Below are positions 40,812-51,665 of a stretch of 64,000 bases of DNA, one piece after another. The position numbers and the translations under genes were made by a program. How positions within the stretch are numbered: position 1 is the stretch's first letter; each line of letters opens with the position of its first letter. The stretch covers positions 960,001-1,024,000 of the forward strand of contig CH464491.1 in assembly GCA_000002445.1 (NCBI GenBank), read 5' to 3'. This stretch comes from Trypanosoma brucei (lineage: Eukaryota). The notes under the pieces are model-generated. The model saw only the letters and a list, made by a program, of their open reading frames with translations. It had not been told where the DNA came from and did not search any database.

Positions 40812-41097
40812 CTTCGTTGTGTGCATTTTTAACACTCGTTACCGTTACCGTCCCTAACATTTTGTTTACCGTTACCCATCACCAGAGCGGGGTTTTCACG
40901 AACCATAAATACAATAGCTCCTTCCCCACCATGTCAAAAAAAATGACGGGCAATAAGGAAAGAAAAATGAAAATACAGCGTCGCATCAGTTTACAGGAAT
41001 CGTAACTGGAAGCAAGGGAATTGAGTATTGTGGAAGAGAAATGGCTGTATTCATGAGACAAACACGTGGTCTCGTACGTGTATGATATGTAAGTGCA

Positions 41098-41100
<3 letters not shown>

Positions 41101-41135
<35 letters not shown>
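41101..41135. repeat. (AT)17 microsatellite
   Basis: Direct read. It is the longest simple repeat in the window and lies about 270 bp upstream of the WD40 gene. Confidence 0.9.
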
Positions 41136-41136
<1 letters not shown>

Positions 41137-41529
41137 GTGATCTGTGAGCGTGTGGGTGGAGGTTGCTCATTGCGTTTATGTGTAAGATTGGAAAATGAGG
41201 GTACTTGAAGTTCTTATCACTCACAAAAAGGGATTTGGATAGCGCTTCGCGTGGTGAAATAAAAAACGATGTATTCATCCCGTGTTCATTGGCATTAAAT
41301 TCTGCACGAACACGCAGAGCGGCTCTGTCGAGTCAACATTAAGCGTGACATGCGAATGGGGAAATGTGATATCGCTATTGAAAAATGAATATGCTACCAA
41401 CGCGTTCGGATGTTGCAATGCAAGTTTTATATTACCCTTTTCCTGCATATCATTTGTAGCCGTCGCCATGTCCCTTCTGTTATCCTTTGTTTTTTTTTTT
41501 TACTTTTGTCATTCGGCTATAAAAGATGC

Positions 41530-43599
41530 ATGTGGACCAGGCGTAATGTGTTTCCACTGATGTCTCTACGGGACGCAGCGCGTGCCCCTGTTGTTATCTC
41601 ACCACAGGCAAAAAACGGCGGACCATCGCCCCTCAGTCCGACCGCCAAAGAGGAATGCAAAAAGAGCGATTCAATTGTCTCAATGAATTACACATTGATT
41701 CCCGGTATTATGCCTGAAGAAGCTGTAATGATTCTCTCCTGGGCACTGTGCATTGACGACCCTATGGCCGTGTTTGGTAAGGAAGGCATTGAGGCGTTCA
41801 GGCAAGTGGAATATTTTTTCGCTGGCACAAGCGGCGGCCGGTTATTTGTTTACCCGCTGGTACCACCGGCAATGCGGCCTTTCCTCCCAAGTGATAACTG
41901 GGAGTGGTTGCAGGGTGAAGGGGTGAAGCAGAAACTGTCAGTGCCTTGGAACGCCGGACCACGGCGTTTGTTCCATCAACATCGGTACGATGAGCCGGTA
42001 ACAGCCATCGCTATTTTGGGGCGGCTGGTTGTATCCTGCAGCACGGACATGTATGTGCACATGAGTCTCTTTCACCCAACACCACATCACATTCTCACTA
42101 TTCGACATCCCTCCCCGCTGCGGTGTGTATTACTGTGGGAAGGTGCCGTGTTTGCCTCACGGTTGTTAGATTCACAACGAAGAGCACAAGTGGCTTCTGC
42201 TGAGTGTTGTGTTGTTTACCTCATCACCGGAGACGATGGCGGTATGGCCCGGATTTGGCGGTCCAACGTGGAAGCAGGTGAATATTTTCTAGTGGCTGTG
42301 TTAGCTGTTGTTACCAGTACATGCTACGTGGGCTTCGCTACACCTTTGCATTACATCGCGCGTGAGGATGCCGATGCCGAACACAGCAACCGCAGACCGA
42401 CGGCGGAGACAACGCGACAAACGAAAGCAATTTATTCACTTGCCGTCGATGACGACAGAAGGCTCATCGCCGGCGTGGAAGGCGGTGTTGTTGTGTGGTC
42501 TCTTGCTGATCTGCCGTACAAACAAAAGGAAAAGGATCATCTGCTGTGCTGGGACGAGAAGCGGATGGTGATGGAACCTCAAGCGACGTCGACGTTGCGT
42601 ATTCGTGGTCAACGACTGATGAACATGACAGTGTGGGTGAAAAGTGCAGCGTTTACTGAGGAATGCCTTTCTTCCTGCCGTATCGACCAGCGGGGCAGCA
42701 GCAGCTACGAGAGAGGGGAAAGCACAAATAACCATGCGGGAGAAAGTGTCATGAGGGATGCGGACGGGTCTCGAAAACCTCCTTTCCATACAGATGCTCG
42801 GTGGAGCAGTTGGAAGCCCAAGTACGGGACGCACGTTGCAGGTGGCCTCGATGTAGGCGTGGTAAGTAATGTTGTTTGTATGCCGTCCCTTAACGGTGAC
42901 AACCTCGATGAGAGGGGCTCTGCAGAATCGCTGCTCCGTGCAGCGTGTGCGCCTATAATATTTCCTTCACTGAAAAACATTGTGCACTTTCCTTTGTGGG
43001 TAGTGGAACCTGTATTTGCCCCAATGCGTATTTTATCCCTAACTGGAAGCATCTGCACAGCACTCCTCGTTCTTGTGCCTAGCGGCCGTGTTGTTACCGG
43101 TGGTTCGGACGGTGTGGTAACGTTGTGGTTGTGGGATGTCGCAGAAGCAACGTACGTACGGGCCATAGTTTCGGAGAGACCTCAATCCCACAGCGGTTTG
43201 TGCCGATGTCTGACGGCTCTACGCGAACCAGATATTTTTACCTCTTGTGGTTATGAAGACGGTATAATAAAGGAGTGGCACGTGTATGACGAACCGGAGC
43301 TGCTTATTCGCCTCGAGCGCAGTTTTGCTCTGCAGTCTGAAAGCTCCGGTAAATCTTCAACTTGGCCTGCCGAGCAGAAGCAGCAGTCATTTGGTGTGGG
43401 TGTGTCATGTGCTGTCTCCTTTCCGGCTTTTTGTGCCTTGTTTGTTGTCGGTGTTGATGAATGCCACATTAACACATTTGGACTGTTGGAAGTACTGGGG
43501 TGTAAGCCGCCCCCCGACTACATCTTCGACGGATACAAAACGGTGCGAGTCGTGCCGTCAAGCCATGATACCCACGGTATTGACAAGTGGGGAAAGTGA
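41530..43599 (+). CDS. WD40-repeat protein
   Basis: The ORF opens at 41410, but its first 40 codons translate a polypyrimidine tract (FFFLLLSF), so the start is placed at ATG 41530; ATG 41560 is an alternative. WD-like repeats: ITGDDGGMARIWRS, IAGVEGGVVVWSLADL, VVTGGSDGVVTLWLWDV, SCGYEDGIIKEWHVYD. Confidence 0.75.
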   Translation: MWTRRNVFPLMSLRDAARAPVVISPQAKNGGPSPLSPTAKEECKKSDSIVSMNYTLIPGIMPEEAVMILSWALCIDDPMAVFGKEGIEAFRQVEYFFAGTSGGRLFVYPLVPPAMRPFLPSDNWEWLQGEGVKQKLSVPWNAGPRRLFHQHRYDEPVTAIAILGRLVVSCSTDMYVHMSLFHPTPHHILTIRHPSPLRCVLLWEGAVFASRLLDSQRRAQVASAECCVVYLITGDDGGMARIWRSNVEAGEYFLVAVLAVVTSTCYVGFATPLHYIAREDADAEHSNRRPTAETTRQTKAIYSLAVDDDRRLIAGVEGGVVVWSLADLPYKQKEKDHLLCWDEKRMVMEPQATSTLRIRGQRLMNMTVWVKSAAFTEECLSSCRIDQRGSSSYERGESTNNHAGESVMRDADGSRKPPFHTDARWSSWKPKYGTHVAGGLDVGVVSNVVCMPSLNGDNLDERGSAESLLRAACAPIIFPSLKNIVHFPLWVVEPVFAPMRILSLTGSICTALLVLVPSGRVVTGGSDGVVTLWLWDVAEATYVRAIVSERPQSHSGLCRCLTALREPDIFTSCGYEDGIIKEWHVYDEPELLIRLERSFALQSESSGKSSTWPAEQKQQSFGVGVSCAVSFPAFCALFVVGVDECHINTFGLLEVLGCKPPPDYIFDGYKTVRVVPSSHDTHGIDKWGK

Positions 43600-44281
43600 G
43601 TTGATAGATGGAACCAGAAGGGCTCATGGGGTGCCGACAACAGCGAAGACTGTTAGGCGCGCGTGGGTGCACAGTTCGTGATGGTATGAGGAGGTTTTCG
43701 CTAATACTTTGTCACACACCGCTAGTCTACTTATGAATCACTTGGCGCGGTGCCCAGATTCAAAATTACCACGAGGCTCTAATAATAAGGATAATATTGG
43801 AAGGTGGGTGTTCCAGCGGCTCCGAGGCCCACCAAATTGCTTTGAGTTTGTTTGTTTTGTTTCGGTGGTAAACTCTATTTACCCTCTTTGGTGTTTGGTT
43901 TTGTTTTATTTGTGGTCGTTCTTCCAGCTTTCTTTAGGGAATTCTCCCCGTTTCACATATGCACATAGTGGTATGCATGGCACGCCATCATGATTGTTCG
44001 TGAAAACACCGGCCATTTTTGTGTTCTCTCATTCCTTCTCCTTAAGAGGGGTCACCCTACTTTCTGCACGCGTGCTCTCCTTTCGTTTTGATGCTATTAT
44101 GGGTTCTTGTCTTTCGTATTCCTTGATTTTTTTCTTTTTGATTTAATGTTTGTGGATTTACCATAGCGCTTAGGTGGGCGAACAAACTCACACACCTGTA
44201 AGGGAAAATATCTCTTCTCCCTTCCCCGTTGGTCTGGTGATATCACCCGCCATTCTCGTTCATATAAGCATATAGGCAGGG

Positions 44282-45178
44282 ATGCTGTCAGGTGCAGAGG
44301 AACTGATCTCTGACCTTTTCCGCCGTACTTCTACCACATCCAACGCAGTCGAATTTATTCTCAGTAGCAACAGTGCGGCGTACCATGATGTTATGCAGCG
44401 AATCTGCAACAGTAACCAACCCCAATTAGTTAAAGGTATTCTACGCACTGCACAGTCGCTGCTTCCAACAGAACTCTTCCAAGTATTTGGGAAGTCGGTA
44501 GTACCTGTCTTATTGCTCTTTGCTCCTGCCGTACTACGCAGAGTTGGTGAACTTCTGGCGGCACCAAAAGAAACTCCACTTTCAACATGCGGTGAGTGGG
44601 ATGCCTTTACTTCTTTTATTACCGGAATTCACTGCAAGCTGCTCGCTTCACCTGAATGTCGCGCCACCAACGTTAGGTCCCTCCCTCCACCACCCGTAGC
44701 CGCTCGGCATACACCATCATGGTCGAAAGTGTTCCATGGCGAAGAAAATGTGTCCGAAGGCGTGCCGCCACCTCAACCTTCTACTGACTGTGAGGTTAAT
44801 GTTACTGCGATTGGAACCGATAATTACGGTTCATTGTTGTGCACGATTGTCTGTGGACTTTCACACCTTCTGGCTTGCGTTGCAACTCCACCGTGTGTCA
44901 TCGGTGGTCCTGGTTTGACCACATTGTGTAACGAGGTTATGCGGCTGCTATCGTCGACACCGGTTTTTTGCTACGCTTCAAAAGACGCAAACCTGCAAAT
45001 TGCATGTGTCTCCCTATTGTTGTCTGTGCTGAATTTGGGGAAGGCAGTGCAGGGGTGTGTGGCATCATCATTCATGCCAACTATGCGACGGTGGTTTGAT
45101 CTGACATTATATTCAGCTAACGCCGTCTGCATCCAGTTGCTGTTTCCTTATATACTGCACGCGAGGGCGCATCGTTAA
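44282..45178 (+). CDS. Hypothetical protein (298 aa)
   Basis: ATG start. A polyY-rich segment lies upstream (44030-44160). No domain recognised. Supported mainly by position and length. Confidence 0.45.
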   Translation: MLSGAEELISDLFRRTSTTSNAVEFILSSNSAAYHDVMQRICNSNQPQLVKGILRTAQSLLPTELFQVFGKSVVPVLLLFAPAVLRRVGELLAAPKETPLSTCGEWDAFTSFITGIHCKLLASPECRATNVRSLPPPPVAARHTPSWSKVFHGEENVSEGVPPPQPSTDCEVNVTAIGTDNYGSLLCTIVCGLSHLLACVATPPCVIGGPGLTTLCNEVMRLLSSTPVFCYASKDANLQIACVSLLLSVLNLGKAVQGCVASSFMPTMRRWFDLTLYSANAVCIQLLFPYILHARAHR

Positions 45179-45802
45179 TTTTTTTTTTTTGCAGGGGGGA
45201 GCACAACACGGTTGGTAGAGGGCGGGACAAGGAAGAAAGAGGGGGAAACTGCAGATGCTCATTAAATCTTTTTGGATTATCCCCCGACCCGCTTATTGAC
45301 GCGTGGGATGTAGTGCAGTGTAGTACAAATGCACGCAGCAAAACATTGCTGCAGGCCGACTTACTTCCTGCTGGGACTTGATCTGCTGGCAATTGCACCA
45401 ATGAATTCACACCAGTGCGCATATTACTGCTGTTGGGCACCACCAGTCATTGTCACTGATTTACTGTCCATCCTAAACGTCACATCAAAGTAGTGTAGTG
45501 TTCTTGGTTACTCCTTGTATAGTGGTGATTAACTTCAATTGGTGCATACGCACACATAAACACACGCAGGGGCGTGTTACGGCTCTGCACGCGTTGTTTA
45601 TTTCCTTCTTAAGAAAAAAACCTACCTTGGGATCGGCATTAGTTGGCATGCACCAGTTCTTACCGCATCCGTTATGTTCTACGCGCATCATCTTGCTTTG
45701 ATTTGTTTTCTTGATTCAGTTAGACTTTACGTCAATTTAACCATACTTCTTACCTCTTAATTGTCTGCGCTAATGCGTACAGAGCGACTGCGGTGTAGAG
45801 TG

Positions 45803-45845
45803 TTTTCTTTTTTTTTTTTCTTTGCTTGTTTTCTTCCTCATTCAG
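45803..45845 (+). promoter_or_regulatory. Polypyrimidine tract + AG, candidate trans-splice acceptor for the TM9SF gene
   Basis: ttttcttttttttttttctttgcttgttttcttcctcattcag, with AG at 45844-45845. Confidence 0.45.
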
Positions 45846-46022
45846 AGGAAGCAAAGTGCGGTTACCGTTAGGTGGCTTTGGGAGGGGGAAGAGAATAATT
45901 AGGAATCAGCAGGGGTGACTTAACGTTTATACCCCGCTAAACTAATTCAGTAAAAAAGGGGGGAAACACGAAACACAAAACGTTAGATCCACAACAGCAA
46001 TTTTCCTTCGGCACCAAGCAGC

Positions 46023-47846
46023 ATGGGCAAGCAGGGAAATGTTGGGAACATACGTCCCGCAAGTAATAATGTGCGGACATCACTACCGCTGTTATTAGCT
46101 GTATTGCTTCCCATATGCCTTGTGCGTGCGGGTGAGGATACAAACACCTATAAAGCTGATGAGCGGGTGCGAGTGTACGCCGGTCAAATTGGGCCACTTC
46201 ATAACACATTTGAGACGTATAGCTTCTTCCGCACGCCAGGGTGTCCTCCAGCGTCGTGGAGTCGGAGGTCTTCCACACTCGGTCAAGCACTTACCGGGCG
46301 GCAGCTACAGGAAATGGGGGTTAATGTACGGTTTGGTAAAAATGTGACAGGCGGTGTTATGTGCACCTTCACACCGAAACAAGCAGACATCAAGCGTTGG
46401 CGCAAAATGATTCAAAAGAAATACGTCTATGAGCTATACGTGGATGAGTTGCCCATATGGGTGCTGCTTGGTGAGGTGACTCCGGCGGGCCCTGTGATTT
46501 ATCTTCATCGTAGGTTTCATATTGAGACTAACAAGAATCAGATCGTTCACGTTACGCTGGAGGCAGAGCAAGGGACAGTGTTAACGCAGGGGCGCGACTA
46601 CACTTTCACATATTCTGTCATCTTTACGGAATCCCAACTATCGTTTGAGGATCGCTTCAAGAAATATGTGGACCAGAAACTATTCGAACCGCGGTTTAGG
46701 TGGATTTCGGTTATAAACTCGGTGATCCTCGCTTTGCTACTTTCCATAATTAACATATTTATCGTCTCACGCGCCATCCACGCTGACTTGAAGGGCGACG
46801 AGGATGAGCTGGGCATTGATAGTAGCTATGGCCTCGTAGAGGGTTCCGGTTGGAAACAACTCAGCGCTGACGTGTATCGCGTGCCGCCGTATCCGATGGC
46901 TCTCTGTGCACTCCTCGGCACAGGAGCCCAACTTCTCTTAGTTTTCGTGGCTATGATTATGTCAGCAGCCTTTTACAATTCGCGGCACAAACCCACGTAT
47001 GGGGCGGTGACGGTGGTGACGGAGGCGTATGCCCTCACAGGGTTCGTTGCAGGATACGTTTCAGCTTCAAAGTTCGTCAGCTACACTGTATACAAACCGG
47101 CATTAGCAAGCCGGTGGATGCACTGCATGTATCTTACCATCGCCGCATTCCCTGCTGCCATTCTCTTCTGCGGTGTTTCAACCAATGCCATCGCATACCT
47201 GTACGGATCAGCTCGCGCACTTCACGTGGGCGGGGTGGCGTATGTAGCGCTTATATTGGTGTTTCTGTTTTGTCCCACGGTAGTTGTCGGCACCCTAACT
47301 GGAAGGTATATTTTCTGGCGTCGGTTTAACGCTGTGAGCAATCGCAACAGTTTGCCACACGTAAACCAGATCCCCCGCCTGGTGCCGAGGCCGCCCTATA
47401 GATTGTTATCACGACCGTATCTCATTCTTCTTACAGGTGCGCTGCCCTTTAGCTCTGTGGTCCTCGAGCTCTTCTTAGTGTTTAGTTGTATTTGGATGAA
47501 CAAACTCTATTATTTGTATTACTTTTTACTAATCGGTTTTACCATTTTTCTTGTCATCGCATGTTTTACATCGGTCGCCGCCACGTATTTACTGTTGAAT
47601 ATGGAGGATCATCGTTGGCAATGGATGGCATTTGGGTTTGGGGCATCAACGGGGATTTTTATTTTCATACATGCCACATACTTTTACTTTTTTCAGACGT
47701 CGATGAGCGGGATGTTCATGTTGGTGTTTTATTTCGCCTACTCGGCCCTATTTTCCCTCGCTATGAGTCTGGCGGGGGGCTGCGTTACATTCCTCGCCGG
47801 CTCGCAGTTTGTCCAGAAGATATACACTTCGGTGAAGCTTGATTAA
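46023..47846 (+). CDS. Transmembrane 9 superfamily protein (nonaspanin / EMP70)
   Basis: N-terminal signal peptide (LPLLLAVLLPICLVRAG), a luminal domain, then nine predicted TM helices. The C-terminus is characteristic of TM9SF (…AGGCVTFLAGSQFVQKIYTSVKLD). A polyY tract at 45803-45845 with AG lies upstream. Confidence 0.9.
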   Translation: MGKQGNVGNIRPASNNVRTSLPLLLAVLLPICLVRAGEDTNTYKADERVRVYAGQIGPLHNTFETYSFFRTPGCPPASWSRRSSTLGQALTGRQLQEMGVNVRFGKNVTGGVMCTFTPKQADIKRWRKMIQKKYVYELYVDELPIWVLLGEVTPAGPVIYLHRRFHIETNKNQIVHVTLEAEQGTVLTQGRDYTFTYSVIFTESQLSFEDRFKKYVDQKLFEPRFRWISVINSVILALLLSIINIFIVSRAIHADLKGDEDELGIDSSYGLVEGSGWKQLSADVYRVPPYPMALCALLGTGAQLLLVFVAMIMSAAFYNSRHKPTYGAVTVVTEAYALTGFVAGYVSASKFVSYTVYKPALASRWMHCMYLTIAAFPAAILFCGVSTNAIAYLYGSARALHVGGVAYVALILVFLFCPTVVVGTLTGRYIFWRRFNAVSNRNSLPHVNQIPRLVPRPPYRLLSRPYLILLTGALPFSSVVLELFLVFSCIWMNKLYYLYYFLLIGFTIFLVIACFTSVAATYLLLNMEDHRWQWMAFGFGASTGIFIFIHATYFYFFQTSMSGMFMLVFYFAYSALFSLAMSLAGGCVTFLAGSQFVQKIYTSVKLD

Positions 47847-48769
47847 AACAGTGCGCAGGGTCCAGTAGAAAAACCTGAAGGGCATGTGGAACATGAGACT
47901 AAAAGTGGGGCAACAAATGTTTGTTTTGACCACTTCTTATTTTTTCCTTTTCCCTCCTCATTACCGAAAGGGGAGGGGAGAAGGAATGCACTGCAGGGGT
48001 TTGCATATGTGGAACTGTGTGTGCAAACTTAGTGCGGGGTGTCAGAGGTGGGAATCCCCCAAATGAGAGAGGTGGAACACATATCCCACCGTGTGAAATG
48101 AAGAGGGGAGTATCATCTTGTGGGGACTGTAGGTTCAGACGGAATGCGATTTTGAGACGTGTGTGTGCGTGTGACCCGTCGTAGCCCTCGCATTTACTTG
48201 TTGTTGTGGCTTTTAATTTAACTTGCCGTCGTGATGTTTTTGCTGCTGTTGTCGTTGCAGTTATATGAAGTGGGGCAGTGGCCAAGCCCCCATTTTAACC
48301 TTTCTTGCATTTTGTTTCTTAACCGAAATGGGTACAGAGCCGCGGTGGTTTAATTTACGGAGGGGGGCAGGATTTCACAAGTCCGTAGCCCATTCAACTT
48401 CGTTATTGATGTTGTTAATTTTCGTTGTTGTTGTTGTTGCTTCCCTGTGCGTACCTTTCACAGTGTCTAGTGCTGCGCAGAAGGTAAAGAGAAAAAACGA
48501 AACGGAGATTTGGAAGCCTCCCTCAACGGTGGCTGCGGTGCTGGCCCTCGACAGGTGGCTGAAAAGCGTAAAGTATCGAGCATAGTAATACACTCCCCAG
48601 TGACAGAAGTGCAAGATATAATGTGTACATTAATAGTCTTCACAAAATTCTGTTTCCAACAGCACTTCTCTCTTGTTTGTTTTTTCCTATTACTATTGTT
48701 TTCCTGCATCTGTCACGAAAATGTGAAGGGACAGAGAGCGTGTCTGCATAAAAATCTCTACCTTACGGA

Positions 48770-50905
48770 ATGCAGCAGACCGAAAAGCGTGTGGGTGGTA
48801 ACTGTGACGATGATGAGGTAATAGCTACTTATAACGTGTACGCTTCCTCTTTTGCACAGCAGCAGCAGCAGTTACACATATTTCAATTCCCCTTAAGGTG
48901 CAGAGCTCGTCCCTATGAGGCTAACGAAGTGCGGCTCTTTGCAACGGAGGGTCTTATTCACAGCGACGAGGACTCAATTGCCAATAGTGGCTCGAGAGTG
49001 GGAGGAACTACGGCCTCCACACCGCGGCAAGAGACCTTCGGAGCTGTGGCTCCCGTCATCCATCATTCGTCACGACTGACAATGCACTGTCATATCGATA
49101 CGTTTGGCTCTAGTTCCTTCACTGAGCCGCAGCAGGATCATCGACTAGACGAGGACACCCAACGTGCGGAAGAGAGATCTAAGCACTCATACAACTACGC
49201 TCTACAGTCGCATCCTTTCAACCCTCACTGTGACTACATGGTGGGACTTATCGTGGACGGCGTCGTGCATATCACTCCGGTGACGAGCATCCAGCAATTT
49301 ACCCCCATTGTGAAGCCGCCTGATGCGAGCTCGATGCACCGAGTAGGTGATGGGTTTCTCAGCGTGCCTTCGGTGCCGATAGTTCCCGGTCTTGCCGTTT
49401 CGGACCGCATAACCAGGGAAATGCTGCGACAGCGGAGTGTAATGCTAAACAACGATGCGGACACTGCAAAAGAGCTGCAGTACTTCCCTATACAATCCGT
49501 AGAAAGCATGGCAATGCGGCGACGATTGTGGGACCGCACGGGCGCGTCGCACTGTTTCGCAGGACCCGCGGGTTGCGTTGGGAGTAACCCTTTTGGTGAC
49601 AGCAAAGACGGCCATAACAACGGGCCGTACGTCGGGCCGCGCACGGAAGACTGTTTTTTCCCACCGGAACTTCTTGTATCCGGTGGGATTACAGGTGGCG
49701 AGCACGTCGTTAGTGGTGACAAAATGCTCCGGCGCTACGCCAACAGGCGTAGTCTTGTTGACCAGGTGCATATCTACTTACGTCGCTGTCAGGTGCTGAC
49801 GCTTGATAAGCTGCGAGAGATGGTTGTTCCCCCTGACGGGGCCTTCTCTGGTGGTGCTTCTTCAACAAACCAATCAAAGGTACAGGAGAGTGTGACAGAT
49901 GGACAGCTGCTCGCCGCTTTGCGTGATGGTGCCATATGGATGCACGGTGTATGGGTGTCCAAAGTTGATCCAAACATGCGGGGTAACGCAGCTGCCCTAC
50001 GCGAAGTTGTTTTGCTACACTTCTGCGAGAGCCCCAGTGGTGCCTTGTCCCGTGCACGGCTTAACGCCCTCGTAAGCAGCAACACGTTAAAACGTACTGT
50101 GAAGGAAATACTGGAAAGTATTGCTACGTTGAATAGCGGGGAGAAAGACCCAGCACTGCGCGTGTGGCGGCTGCGGCACGTACCAGCCGATCCAATGGAA
50201 CGAGCCGCATTGCTGGAGGTTGCGCAAAATGCGTACAGACAGGAAATAGAATTCCAGACCATGCAGTGCAAAAGGCTTCACTCAAGCATAATGTCCCACC
50301 TTGAGGTGATCAACACCGGTAGGTTAGTGACACGTCTTCACTTTGTCAGTCGGGGAGGGGACAGAGGTGCAGAGGGCCCGACGGGGGCAGTAAACACAGC
50401 GGTCAGTACTGCAGCGGCGGCAGCAGCCACCACAGTGGCAACAAGTTTTACCGATAATGAACTTGCCCCCATCATCGCATTTATCCGACGATTGTTCCTT
50501 GAGCACGGAGTGGTGAACAAGCAGCGTGCGAAGGAGTTAGTATTGAAGGCAAAACAACAGAACTATCCCCATGCGACGAATGCAATGCTCAGCGCGGCGC
50601 TCCAGAGATGTGTTCAGCCCTTCACGGACGCAACGTGGGTATTGAAGACACTGGAGGAGCCCGATGTGGATCGTCACCGCCCATTGATACTCGAAACCGC
50701 GCTGGAGTTGGTCAACTTCGGGATCAGGCCGTTTAATGCTTTATTAGCGCAAAAGCAACAACAGCAGCAGCCGGATGGAGAAACAGCTGGTGCCCGGAAG
50801 GAGGACATGCAGAAAGTTGTTTCACGTGTGTTAGCTGAAATCGCGGTGTATCAATCGCACGAGAGGCTGTGGCACCTCAAGAGTGGCAATGTCATTGGAC
50901 AGTGA
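48770..50905 (+). CDS. Hypothetical protein (711 aa)
   Basis: ATG start after a polyY tract (48640-48712). Long ORF with short poly-Q and poly-Ala stretches. No domain recognised. Confidence 0.7.
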   Translation: MQQTEKRVGGNCDDDEVIATYNVYASSFAQQQQQLHIFQFPLRCRARPYEANEVRLFATEGLIHSDEDSIANSGSRVGGTTASTPRQETFGAVAPVIHHSSRLTMHCHIDTFGSSSFTEPQQDHRLDEDTQRAEERSKHSYNYALQSHPFNPHCDYMVGLIVDGVVHITPVTSIQQFTPIVKPPDASSMHRVGDGFLSVPSVPIVPGLAVSDRITREMLRQRSVMLNNDADTAKELQYFPIQSVESMAMRRRLWDRTGASHCFAGPAGCVGSNPFGDSKDGHNNGPYVGPRTEDCFFPPELLVSGGITGGEHVVSGDKMLRRYANRRSLVDQVHIYLRRCQVLTLDKLREMVVPPDGAFSGGASSTNQSKVQESVTDGQLLAALRDGAIWMHGVWVSKVDPNMRGNAAALREVVLLHFCESPSGALSRARLNALVSSNTLKRTVKEILESIATLNSGEKDPALRVWRLRHVPADPMERAALLEVAQNAYRQEIEFQTMQCKRLHSSIMSHLEVINTGRLVTRLHFVSRGGDRGAEGPTGAVNTAVSTAAAAAATTVATSFTDNELAPIIAFIRRLFLEHGVVNKQRAKELVLKAKQQNYPHATNAMLSAALQRCVQPFTDATWVLKTLEEPDVDRHRPLILETALELVNFGIRPFNALLAQKQQQQQPDGETAGARKEDMQKVVSRVLAEIAVYQSHERLWHLKSGNVIGQ

Positions 50906-51665
50906 GAGCATCACTTCGTTTCTACGGAGAGTGGGTAAGAAGAAAGGGAAGGCGTTATCAGCACAGGGAACCGCGATCGATCACGGTCAGTATTGGCATG
51001 GTTAAATGAAAAGGAAACAACTAAAGGGGAGGTGAAAGTGGTTATAACGGTCTGCGGCTCCTGAACAAGAGGTAATAAGAGGGTATTCGTGTCCGTGATG
51101 TTGCTCGTTCATCTTGGTCTATAACTTCTCTCCTCTACTTCCCAGCCCTTTTGTGGGATGCGTTTAAGCAATGTTGTGCATTTCGGTGCATCTCTTCTCG
51201 TTTATATGCGTGTGTGTGTGGGGGGGGTGAAGATTGTTGTTCTCCCTCTATGGAACACTATGTGTTGAATTCGAGGTATATTTCTTCTTAATGAGTACAT
51301 CCCCCCTGAAGCCCCCCCCAAAAAAAAAAATGGTTTTGTTCCTGCTGTATTACCTCTCTTTTTTCCTTTGTTACACCTCGTCACAGTGCGAAAGCGAAGA
51401 GTTGAAGAGGGAAAAGAGAAGGACAGACAATAAGCAGGGGGAAAGAATATCCGTATTTAACCGAAAGGGGAATAGCAAGGGGGAGTTAGTGAATACTGGC
51501 TGCGCGTTGCCACAGTTGCGGACACGCACACGCCCATTTGTACGGATATTTCTACATCCTTTTGCTTAGTTGGGCACTTTCTCGAGTAAAACAAGAGGGG
51601 GGTGGCTGGCGTAAAAAGGACCTCTGTTGATATCCATCGCGCCTACACATAGGTTTCGAGTGACC

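Noticed and set aside
37832-41409. Strand-switch region, transcription start site, or replication origin in the AT-rich interval.
   Set aside because: Flanking genes are co-directional on both sides. Kinetoplastid transcription start and termination regions sit at divergent or convergent gene junctions, which are absent here. Nothing in the sequence supports this beyond its AT-richness.
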